DNA of 24,949 nucleotides, taken from IMG/VR virus record IMGVR_UViG_3300035438_000486, positions 1 to 24,949 of that record, one strand, 5' to 3'. Below, in pieces: positions 1 through 7,250 of this stretch (position 1 is its first letter; the number at the start of each line of letters is the position of its first letter). Source of the stretch: a virus. Its lineage: Duplodnaviria; Caudoviricetes. The translations under genes and the position numbers were made by a program. The notes below the pieces were generated by a model. The model ran no database searches. It was not told the DNA's origin and saw only the letters and a list, made by a program, of their open reading frames with translations.

Positions 1-1051
1 GGATTACCGTGCTTTGCAACCCGCCGTTCATGTAATTCCTCGGGCCTTTCGCGTCTCGCGCCATAATCGGCGGCAGCGTTTCAGGCCACACAACAGCCTG
101 GTCTAGCACCCCCATGCCATCGGTCGGACGACCGATGGCGGGCGACACGTCACCGCTGATCGGCGTCTGCGTGTGGTGGAAGGCGAGGACACCGTTGCGA
201 CCCCCGCCGCTCTTGCCACGGGCCATTGATGGCCCGTGGGTTTCCGTGCTCGCGTTCAGTTCGCTGTCCCACGCGATGACGCCCGCTTCGGAACTGCTGT
301 TAACGCGGACGGTTGAGGAAGTCGTTTCAACCGTCCGCTGGTAGCTGTTGTACGCGGTTACACCGCCCTCAACGCCGCCTCCAGTGCTGGCGGCAGCGAT
401 TTCCCTCGACTGCTGGCGCGGCGAATGATGCCCGCACACGCCTTCGCGGAGAGCCAGAACTTCGGCGGGATCGACGCCGCCGGTTCGAGCAGCGAGGATA
501 AAGACACGCACCCGGCGCTGGGGAGGCCCAAAGTGCTGCAAGTCAAGCACACGCCACGCGGCCACGGCGGTAGGTCCCACTGCTCGACCGCCCCGAAGGT
601 ATTTGACCTTTCCGTGCTTGTCGGCTCGAAGAGCGCCGTCTGCGACCAGATCGCGCCCGACGATGGTAGAGAGAACTTCGGCAAAGTCATGCCCGTTGTT
701 GGAAGAGAACGCCCCGGCCACATTCTCCCAGAGCAGGTACGGCGCGTCAGATTCGCGCCAAATGCGGACTTGCTCGTGGAACAGTGATGACCGTGCGCCG
801 GTCAACCCTGCGCGTTTGCCAGCGACGGACAAGTCCTGGCACGGCGAACCGCCCGAGAGCAGCGTAATCCCGCGATAGTCAGCCCCGTTGATCTGTGTCA
901 CGTCGCCATCAAGCCGCGTGTCAGGCCAGAGATGGCGCAGCACGGCGCGGGCGTGTGGCTCAATCTCGGCGTGTGCCGCCGCATGGAATCCCGCGGCCTC
1001 TAGGCCAAGCGAGAGCCCCCCAGCGCCAGCGAATAGCTCGGCGTAGGTCAC
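1..1051 (-). CDS. DNA (cytosine-5) methyltransferase, 3' end outside the window
   Basis: Not in the ORF track because no stop lies in the window. Hand translation from GTG 1051 (GTGA overlap with the upstream stop) is open to the window edge: motif I ELFAGAGG, motif IV GGSPCQDLS, motif VI WENV, motif VIII PQRRVRVF, then a modular variable region. Confidence 0.95.
   Translation of the reverse strand, partial: MTYAELFAGAGGLSLGLEAAGFHAAAHAEIEPHARAVLRHLWPDTRLDGDVTQINGADYRGITLLSGGSPCQDLSVAGKRAGLTGARSSLFHEQVRIWRESDAPYLLWENVAGAFSSNNGHDFAEVLSTIVGRDLVADGALRADKHGKVKYLRGGRAVGPTAVAAWRVLDLQHFGPPQRRVRVFILAARTGGVDPAEVLALREGVCGHHSPRQQSREIAAASTGGGVEGGVTAYNSYQRTVETTSSTVRVNSSSEAGVIAWDSELNASTETHGPSMARGKSGGGRNGVLAFHHTQTPISGDVSPAIGRPTDGMGVLDQAVVWPETLPPIMARDAKGPRNYMNGGLQSTVI
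116..139. repeat. Perfect inverted repeat inside the MTase variable region
   Basis: GCCATCGGTCG-ga-CGACCGATGGC, 11-bp arms. Confidence 0.9.
216..239. repeat. Perfect inverted repeat inside the MTase variable region
   Basis: CCACGGGCCAT-tg-ATGGCCCGTGG, 11-bp arms. Confidence 0.9.
305..338. repeat. Perfect inverted repeat inside the MTase variable region
   Basis: GCGGACGGTTGA-ggaagtcgtt-TCAACCGTCCGC, 12-bp arms. Confidence 0.9.
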
Positions 1052-1359
1052 GATGCCATCTCCGCTGCTTTGAGCGCTGTGACAGCGGACAACAACATGT
1101 CTTGTCGGCGCACGATCTCTGCCCACCGAAACCCGTCGTCCCACGTCTCTGCGTACGCGACGGCAGCGGTAAGGACCACCTTCTCGGCGTGATCGACTGC
1201 CGCCCCGCGCTCGGCCTCCGTGCCCGCGCTTGCCCGGTGCATCGCGGCCCACTCGTCTTTGGTCATCCGCTCTGGCAGCCCGCCCGCCTCTGCCTCGGCC
1301 AGCGTCAGCGGGCGGCGAGCGTCACCCGTGCCCGTTGCGACTCGGTCGCCGGACTTCAT
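1048..1359 (-). CDS. hypothetical phage protein (103 aa)
   Basis: GAGGAGGTG RBS, overlaps both neighbours by 4 nt, helical Ala/Glu-rich sequence. Confidence 0.8.
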   Translation of the reverse strand: MKSGDRVATGTGDARRPLTLAEAEAGGLPERMTKDEWAAMHRASAGTEAERGAAVDHAEKVVLTAAVAYAETWDDGFRWAEIVRRQDMLLSAVTALKAAEMAS

Positions 1360-1682
1360 GCGCTCACCTCCTCACACGGGTTGGCGATCAGGTCCGCGAT
1401 CACGGCGAGGTGCCGACCGTGGACCCACACTGTCTCACGCCATTCACCGTCGCCCTGCCGGTACTCGACCACCCCCGCCACACAGCGGTAGCTGTGCCCC
1501 GACACGGTGACCACGCGCCAGACCGGCGGCAGCGGCGGGACCACGGCTTCAGCGTTTCTTCGTGTGTCCGTGCGGCCCGAGTAATAGCCCGCCTTTGCAA
1601 TAGCCTGACAGCACAAGTCCACCACCGCCGCACGCAGCTCGGCGGGCGTGGTGGCGTCGTAGATGGATAGGGTCGAGTTCAT
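1356..1682 (-). CDS. hypothetical phage protein (108 aa)
   Basis: GAGGA RBS upstream of ATG; ATGA coupling to the next gene. Confidence 0.8.
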   Translation of the reverse strand: MNSTLSIYDATTPAELRAAVVDLCCQAIAKAGYYSGRTDTRRNAEAVVPPLPPVWRVVTVSGHSYRCVAGVVEYRQGDGEWRETVWVHGRHLAVIADLIANPCEEVSA

Positions 1683-1757
1683 TCTGTGTCCTCTGGTGGC
1701 GGGGTGGGTGGTTATCTCGGGGTGTCTTGCAGCGCAGCGTTGGCAGCACGGAGGCGG

Positions 1758-1877
1758 TCAATCTCCTCTATCAACGCCCAGCCCTCGCCGCAGTACCCTT
1801 CGCGTCCGTCGCACCACCGCTGCCAACGCTGACAACAGTAGTAGGGCAGCGGCGAGGCGTTCGTAGGTGTTAGTCAT
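1758..1877 (-). CDS. small hypothetical protein (39 aa), possibly the 5' half of a frameshifted gene
   Basis: ATG 1877 overlaps the end of the upstream gene; MTNTYERLAAALLLLSALAAVV. An alternative frame continues to 1712. Confidence 0.45.
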   Translation of the reverse strand: MTNTYERLAAALLLLSALAAVVRRTRRVLRRGLGVDRGD

Positions 1878-2181
1878 GGCTTGTGTCCGGTGGTATCTCT
1901 GCTGCCCGTTCTCGACACGCTCGGGCGTAGGTATCGCGTATCTGTGTCGCACTCACGCCGACGATGGCCCCAATTTTGGCATAGGACAAGCCAGTGTGCC
2001 GCAACTCCCACACCCGATCAACGCGAGCCTGTGTCCGTGGCGAACGAGACTTTCTCCCGCCCCGCCAACGAGCGTCCTTCGCGGCAGGATATAGCGTGAT
2101 GGACTGGCTGGAAAAATCAATGACGTACAGCCGACAGTCTGTTAGATTCGGCTCCCCGATAATCAGTTCTGCGTTGGTCAT
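1870..2181 (-). CDS. HTH DNA-binding protein (sigma-70 region 4 / homeodomain-like C-terminus)
   Basis: Start moved to ATG 2181 after GGAGGGAG; RVWELRHTGLSYAKIGAIVGVSATQIRDTY is a typical helix-turn-helix. Confidence 0.8.
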   Translation of the reverse strand: MTNAELIIGEPNLTDCRLYVIDFSSQSITLYPAAKDARWRGGRKSRSPRTQARVDRVWELRHTGLSYAKIGAIVGVSATQIRDTYARACRERAAEIPPDTSHD

Positions 2182-2182
2182 G

Positions 2183-2323
2183 CTACTCCCTCCATCGCTG
2201 CACTGCGTCGATAGACCTATGCACGATATGGTGCAGCAAGTCTTCGATGAAGAACACGGCATGAACCAGCCCGATCATCGCTAGGCAACCAAGCGGCCAG
2301 AGGTACGGGGTAGGGATGGTCAT
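2183..2323 (-). CDS. small predicted membrane protein (46 aa)
   Basis: Below the ORF-track cutoff; MTIPTPYLWPLGCLAMIGLVHAVFFIEDLL..., GGAGG RBS, ATGA overlap with the upstream gene. Confidence 0.65.
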   Translation of the reverse strand: MTIPTPYLWPLGCLAMIGLVHAVFFIEDLLHHIVHRSIDAVQRWRE

Positions 2324-2493
2324 GCCTCCTCCTCCTCTAGCGGCTCCTCAAACAGCAGCGGGTCCAACTCCATGCCCGTGTCCCGATCTTCCAGCGCTTG
2401 CATCTTCGCGTGACGTTTGATTGCGGCGTCCTGCGCCCGCTCGTACGCGAACTCGTCGTCCTCTAAGCGGATGTCCCAATCGTCGTAGCTCAT
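2320..2493 (-). CDS. small highly acidic protein (57 aa)
   Basis: Below the ORF-track cutoff; MSYDDWDIRLEDDEFAYERAQDAAIKRHAKMQALEDRDTGMELDPLLFEEPLEEEEA, GGAGA RBS, ATGA overlaps at both ends. Confidence 0.75.
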   Translation of the reverse strand: MSYDDWDIRLEDDEFAYERAQDAAIKRHAKMQALEDRDTGMELDPLLFEEPLEEEEA

Positions 2494-2648
2494 GTCTCCA
2501 CTCCCAGTAACGCCACGATCAAGTGCGTGGCAAGGTGCGCCCGCTGCACGTGCAGCGAGCGGAGTTCTGCCGTCAGCACGGCAATGCGCGTGTCGATGTC
2601 TTGTAGCGCCTGCGGTGCGTGATCTTCAATAGCTCGCGCAATGTTCAC
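2490..2648 (-). CDS. small coiled-coil hypothetical protein (52 aa)
   Basis: GTG 2648 preceded by GGAGGGG; MNIARAIEDHAPQALQDIDTRIAVLTAELRSL. Confidence 0.7.
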   Translation of the reverse strand: MNIARAIEDHAPQALQDIDTRIAVLTAELRSLHVQRAHLATHLIVALLGVET

Positions 2649-2675
2649 CGCCCCTCCAGTATCCAGATGTGACAA

Positions 2676-3491
2676 CTAGCTTTCCCAAAACGGGATGATG
2701 CTAGACAGTTTTTTGGCGATCTCTTTGTACGCTTTTTCTCCGACCAACCTGACGTCAACAGATGGGTGATACTTTTTCATGCGCTTCAGCTTCGTGGCGC
2801 TTTTCTTGTCCATCCACCCCTTCACCTCATCGTACCACACGCTGCCATCTATGCCGTACACCTTGAAGTCTGGCGTGTACGAACGCACCCCGCGACGTAT
2901 CTTCTCAAACCAGAACGTGTCTACCTCAAACTCCCACCGCAAGATGTGCCCCTGCGCGATCAGCAGGTTGAGATACCGCGCATAGTTCGCTTCCCATCGC
3001 GACCTAAAAAAGATTTTGCCAAGGTCGTCTCGGTATCCACGCTTGGCGTGAGAGTAAATGGAGTTTGGCGCGAATTTCACACGCTCGATTAATCGTCGCG
3101 ATGCGGCGGTAAGCTGCTTCTGTGTCTTCTTCAGGAAATGGTGCGTCCCATCCTGCACTTTCTGACGACTTCGGCGGCTTTGCTCCGCACAGAACTCAGC
3201 ACTGTGCTTTTTGCCAAGCATCCCCCTCGCGTGTTGCTGCTCACCGGATGCCAGCCGCTCGGCGTATGCTTTCCCGCGCTTCTTGGCAACTTCAGGACTA
3301 GGCTTGACGATCTTCCCTTCCAGCCAATTCTTTTTCATCACTGCACTCTGATCGTGCAGCCTTGCCTTCCCCTTGCGAACCCACTTGACCTTGTTCCGGT
3401 ACGCCCACATCACAAGGCCGCGATACGAGAACGGAGGGCCAAGCATATCGGCGCACAATGTCGGCCCGAAATCTCCGTAATGTTCACGCAA
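2676..3491 (-). CDS. PD-(D/E)xK endonuclease (phage endonuclease I / DUF1064-like C-terminus) with basic NUMOD3-like DNA-binding region; homing-endonuclease-like; true start possibly ATT at 3551
   Basis: FRSRWEANYARYL...YTPDF...DEVKG catalytic motifs; GMLGKKHSAE NUMOD3-like motif; more AT-rich than its flanks. Confidence 0.85.
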   Translation of the reverse strand: MREHYGDFGPTLCADMLGPPFSYRGLVMWAYRNKVKWVRKGKARLHDQSAVMKKNWLEGKIVKPSPEVAKKRGKAYAERLASGEQQHARGMLGKKHSAEFCAEQSRRSRQKVQDGTHHFLKKTQKQLTAASRRLIERVKFAPNSIYSHAKRGYRDDLGKIFFRSRWEANYARYLNLLIAQGHILRWEFEVDTFWFEKIRRGVRSYTPDFKVYGIDGSVWYDEVKGWMDKKSATKLKRMKKYHPSVDVRLVGEKAYKEIAKKLSSIIPFWES

Positions 3492-3586
3492 CCATTGCGC
3501 GACTTCTGGTGGGTACGTGGCCTTACTTTGTTGCTTCTCTTCTTCAGTAATACTGCCTCCGTGTGTTTTTAAGTGTCCACGGCTAC

Positions 3587-3615
3587 ACAGTACAGTAAAT
3601 TAAAGTCCCGCGCAA
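3587..3615 (-). promoter_or_regulatory. sigma70-type promoter for the endonuclease and downstream genes
   Basis: TTGCGC-17 nt-TACTGT; the same hexamers and spacing recur at 9202-9230. Confidence 0.7.
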
Positions 3616-3634
3616 TCCCCAAGTTCAAGTATCA

Positions 3635-5383
3635 TCAATTCCGCTCCTTCCATCGTGGAATCATCGGGCCATGCACTTCTTCGGCTTCCCGAATGCTGAC
3701 CGTGCGCTGTGTCAAGCGCAGGGTGCGGAAGTCCCACTGGACAGGGATGTCGCACACGCCGCCCATGCGATTCTTGTCCACGATCAGCCAAGTGTCGGCC
3801 AAGTTGCCAGCGCGAGTAAAGCGCGAGTGATCGAACAGCAGCACCTGGTGTGAATCGTTCTCAATCGCACTGCCACCCATCAACCCCTGACTAATCGGGC
3901 GCTCCGATCTCGCCGCGCTGGTCTGGCGGTTGAACTGGCTTAACGTCACCATCCGCACGTTCAAGCTCTGCGCCAACTCCCGTAGTTGGTGCGATACCGC
4001 TTCGATGCGGTCATGGATGCTGACCAGATTGCTCACCGACGCGAGTTGGATGTAGTCCATGATGAAGTAGCTGGACCCACTCACCTCGGCATGATGTTTG
4101 ATACACGCGGCGACATCGGCCATGCGCGACAAGGGGCGACGGTTGACCAGCACATGACCACCCGTGCGCTCGCGGATCTCGTTCAGCGAGCGAGCGGCCC
4201 TGCCGTACGCCGCTTGGTCAAACGACGGCCCCTGCTCCAGCAGCGTCACCGACTCGTTGCTCACCACCGACAGCAGCCGTGTTGCCAACTCACTGCGCCC
4301 CATCTCCAGCGACAGGAACGTCACCGTCTCACCGTGTTCGATGGCGCGAGCGGCGAGGTTGATGCCGATCAACGACTTGCCAGTGCCCGTGTTGGCCCCG
4401 ATGGTAATCAGCCAACTCTTGGCGATGCCCACGCCGCCACCGCTGGACCCGCACACACGGTTCCACTGATCGAGCGGCGTCGGCACGGCGTCCACAGGAG
4501 CCAGCTTCTCGGTCAGCATCTGGTCCAGCGTGTCGCCCGTGATGCTGTCAAACGCCACGGCTGGCGGCTCGGCTCCAATAGGGGTGGTGGTGCTGATGAT
4601 CCCCTGCCACACCGTCGCCCAGTCATCCCCATGCGCCTGCACCGACTGGTGCAAATCACAGAGGTCTTTCATGATCTGCTCGCGGTGCTTCACGTCGCGC
4701 AGGATGCGGGCCTTGGGGAGGGATGCGGAGATCGCCGCCACCATCGTCGCGCCTCCCTCGTCAGGCTCCTGCCACACGATCACCTCACGCCCTGACAACA
4801 GCGCAGCGTAGTCTGGCTTCCACTGCGAAGCGCCAGGGAGGCCCACCACCGTCACGCCACGCTGCCAGCCGGCATGACAGTCAGACTCCCCTTCTACGAT
4901 CAACACGGGGCCGGTAGATGCGGCCAGCACGTCCTGCCCGTACAGCGGCGTCCCTTCCCCGTCCCGATCCCAGAACGTGCCCTTGCGGGTGCGGCACTTG
5001 GTGCGGATGGTGGTGCCATCGGCGCGACGGTACGGCATGGCGACAATCGCATCGCCATACTTTCCGATTCTCTCTTCAACGCCTGCCTTTGCCAGCCCTG
5101 CCAGCGCCAACCCCTTCCGCTCGGCGTACTCATGCAGCGTCAAGCCGCTCGGCGCGGCATCGTCTGGCAACGCCACGCCCAACGCCTCGCCCAAGGTCGC
5201 CAGCGGCTCGGTGAAGCCACAGGCCGCACAGCCCCATGCATGGTCGCCAAGCCATGCGCTGCTGGTGCTGTCGTTGTGCCGAGTGCAGCGGAAGGCAATG
5301 GCTTTCCCGCTCTTCTTCGCGCCATGACGGCCACGAAGGAGAGCAGACTTGAGAAGGCCGTGCGCGTCGAGCGTGTTCACCAC
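3635..5383 (-). CDS. bifunctional primase-helicase (Zn finger + TOPRIM + DnaB-like SF4 helicase)
   Basis: CTRH...CAAC Zn finger; IVEGESD and EPDEGG TOPRIM motifs; GANTGTGKS Walker A, FLSLEM, IMDYIQL, LSQFNR, IENDSH, DKNRMG. Confidence 0.95.
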   Translation of the reverse strand: MVNTLDAHGLLKSALLRGRHGAKKSGKAIAFRCTRHNDSTSSAWLGDHAWGCAACGFTEPLATLGEALGVALPDDAAPSGLTLHEYAERKGLALAGLAKAGVEERIGKYGDAIVAMPYRRADGTTIRTKCRTRKGTFWDRDGEGTPLYGQDVLAASTGPVLIVEGESDCHAGWQRGVTVVGLPGASQWKPDYAALLSGREVIVWQEPDEGGATMVAAISASLPKARILRDVKHREQIMKDLCDLHQSVQAHGDDWATVWQGIISTTTPIGAEPPAVAFDSITGDTLDQMLTEKLAPVDAVPTPLDQWNRVCGSSGGGVGIAKSWLITIGANTGTGKSLIGINLAARAIEHGETVTFLSLEMGRSELATRLLSVVSNESVTLLEQGPSFDQAAYGRAARSLNEIRERTGGHVLVNRRPLSRMADVAACIKHHAEVSGSSYFIMDYIQLASVSNLVSIHDRIEAVSHQLRELAQSLNVRMVTLSQFNRQTSAARSERPISQGLMGGSAIENDSHQVLLFDHSRFTRAGNLADTWLIVDKNRMGGVCDIPVQWDFRTLRLTQRTVSIREAEEVHGPMIPRWKERN

Positions 5384-5595
5384 TCCTCTTGCAGCAGCAG
5401 TTCAGGGGAACGGTGGGCAAATCGCTGCATCAGTTCTGTGTAGGTCGTTGCACAGAAATTGAAATGGTATCCCCCGAATGGCGGATCAACTTCCACCACA
5501 GCAGACCACCCATGCCCGTGCATGAACGACACATGAAGCAAGGTGTTGGTATCCGGCAGCCAGAACAGCCGCTCAGTGAAGTATCTCTCGTTCAT
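5377..5595 (-). CDS. hypothetical protein (72 aa)
   Basis: ATG 5595 forms an ATGA overlap with the upstream stop; fills the gap to the primase-helicase. Confidence 0.7.
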   Translation of the reverse strand: MNERYFTERLFWLPDTNTLLHVSFMHGHGWSAVVEVDPPFGGYHFNFCATTYTELMQRFAHRSPELLLQEEW

Positions 5596-6149
5596 TCGGC
5601 GTACCAAATTTGGGCTTGCCGCTTGATCGGCGGGATGCCGTCAATCACGGTGAAGCTGGAGTCTTCGATCAGCATCCGGTCTTGCGGCAGCAGCATGAGC
5701 GCATGGTCCGCTTCTCTCTCCACGATCCACAGGTGCTTGTGCTGCTCTGGGGCCATGCTGTACCCATCGCCCATGTGGTCGATGCAGAACCACAGGGTGC
5801 CCTTCCCTATGATCTGCTTGTGATCGGGGCTCAGAATGGCGCAGGAGAGCCCAGACAGCACTTCTGGCTGCCATGCCTCGGCGCTCCAGCCGTAGCAGTC
5901 CCACGAAACAATATCCGAAAGCTGGAGCGGGCTGTGTTCCACCATCGCGCCACGCAGGGCATGGAGCGGGACATCAACGACCAGCGCCCCGTTCTCCAGC
6001 AGGACGTGACAGCCGATAGAGCGACCGGGGGTGACGCTGACGCCCACCCAGACAGCGGGGATCAGCGCCGTACGGAACGGGTCGCGCAAGACGAACCTCG
6101 GCACGACGTACACGTAGCGGTGGGTGGGCAAGCTGATGTTATGGCTCAT
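5592..6149 (-). CDS. hypothetical phage protein (185 aa)
   Basis: Start moved to ATG 6149 (GAGGA RBS, ATGA overlap); globular beta-rich sequence (SWDCYG, FCIDH, PEQHKH) resembling unannotated aquatic-phage proteins. Confidence 0.8.
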   Translation of the reverse strand: MSHNISLPTHRYVYVVPRFVLRDPFRTALIPAVWVGVSVTPGRSIGCHVLLENGALVVDVPLHALRGAMVEHSPLQLSDIVSWDCYGWSAEAWQPEVLSGLSCAILSPDHKQIIGKGTLWFCIDHMGDGYSMAPEQHKHLWIVEREADHALMLLPQDRMLIEDSSFTVIDGIPPIKRQAQIWYAE

Positions 6150-6289
6150 CGACGGTTCCTCTTGTGTCGTTCCCATGCGTCCAGAAACAGCACCCCTATA
6201 GCAACGGGAATGGCAAGTGCCAGAAAAAACAGCAAGACCATGGCTTCAAATTCCAGAAACACCGTAAGCCAGCGAGGGAGTTCAAGCAT
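6146..6289 (-). CDS. small single-pass membrane protein (47 aa)
   Basis: Below the ORF-track cutoff; MLELPRWLTVFLEFEAMVLLFFLALAIPVAIGVLFLDAWERHKRNRR, a hydrophobic helix with a basic tail, overlapping both neighbours. Confidence 0.75.
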   Translation of the reverse strand: MLELPRWLTVFLEFEAMVLLFFLALAIPVAIGVLFLDAWERHKRNRR

Positions 6290-6995
6290 TGCTCACCCCC
6301 GCCAGTCGATCAAACTCTGCCACATCCTGCCCAGAACGTGCCCACTCGTCGCGGGTACGGCCACCGACGATGTGAACGCAGAACGCCTTCCACGACTCGT
6401 CCATATAGAAGCGGTGGATCGTCTTCACGAACTTCGGCTCGGTGCCACTCTTGGCGGCGTAGGCGGCATAGCCCTGCGCGGATTGGGCGATGTCATCGCA
6501 CGGCACGCCAGCCATGCGGAGCGCCGTGAAGGCGGCAATGAACGCCGGGTACGGGCTTGGCACATCGCGCTTCGGGAAGGTCTCCCAGCAATACTTCATG
6601 CACTGCGTGTCGTCACTCGTTAGGATATACCGTTCCTTTACTCGTTTGGGTGACTGCGTAGTCAGGGGTGTGGTGACTCCTGTGTCACCCCCCAGTGACT
6701 CCTGCGTCACCCCCTGCTCGTGGGAGTGATGCCCTTGCAGCACCACTTCATACACGGTCGTCCGTCCGATGCGGGGCATATTCCGCAGGTAGCCTCGCGC
6801 AATCAGCACGGGCAAGGCCCGCTGCACGGAGCGCGGGTTGAGGTTGCACTGCTTTGCCAGCGTTGCCACAGATGCCCAGACGTTGCCGCCGAGCCTATTC
6901 GTGAAGGTGCCAATGGCGCACAGCACGCGAACCTGTGTGTCGCTCAGGTCTGGGTCCGCTATCGCGGCGGCAGGGATGATGCAGAGGGAGGACAT
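6282..6995 (-). CDS. phage replication initiator / replisome organiser (N-terminal winged HTH, HTH_36-like)
   Basis: DPDLSDTQVRVLCAI...WASVATLAKQCNLNPRSVQRALPVLIARGYL wHTH; C-terminal CWETFPKR...TEPKFVKTIHRF domain; repeats in the linker. Confidence 0.85.
   Translation of the reverse strand: MSSLCIIPAAAIADPDLSDTQVRVLCAIGTFTNRLGGNVWASVATLAKQCNLNPRSVQRALPVLIARGYLRNMPRIGRTTVYEVVLQGHHSHEQGVTQESLGGDTGVTTPLTTQSPKRVKERYILTSDDTQCMKYCWETFPKRDVPSPYPAFIAAFTALRMAGVPCDDIAQSAQGYAAYAAKSGTEPKFVKTIHRFYMDESWKAFCVHIVGGRTRDEWARSGQDVAEFDRLAGVSNA
6620..6714. promoter_or_regulatory. putative replication origin: three palindromic iterons plus an AT-richer flank
   Basis: GTGAC-N6-GTCA(C/G) at 6650-6665, 6673-6688 and 6695-6710 (23- and 22-bp periods); 6620-6647 is 18/28 A+T. 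Confidence 0.75.
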
Positions 6996-7016
6996 GGCGG
7001 GGGAGAGGGTGGAAGG

Positions 7017-7250
7017 TTATTTCTTGCGACGGCTGTGCGACCCAGTGGAGCCGCCGTGCCCACGAAGCTGAACGCCGGATCGTCGGAGCATGGAATGGAC
7101 GGCTTGGAAGGTGACCCCCATGCGCTCTGCCACCTTCCTGGTGGACAACCCCGTGTTGTACAGCATCCGCACAATCTGTCGCTTCTCTTCGTTCGGCTTG
7201 TTCCCCGTATTCGGGAAGTAGCCGAACCGCACTACTTTCTTCTCGGTCAT
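7017..7250 (-). CDS. HTH DNA-binding protein (77 aa)
   Basis: Start ATG 7250 after AAGGAG; IVRMLYNTGLSTRKVAERMGVTFQAVHSMLRR. Confidence 0.85.
   Translation of the reverse strand: MTEKKVVRFGYFPNTGNKPNEEKRQIVRMLYNTGLSTRKVAERMGVTFQAVHSMLRRSGVQLRGHGGSTGSHSRRKK

Noticed and set aside
2650-3602. Group I intron or intein carrying the endonuclease (stub ends ...CTT|TAA and contains a Cys)
   Set aside because: There is no room for a ribozyme core, no downstream exon continuing a methyltransferase, and no intein block A or terminal HN motif.
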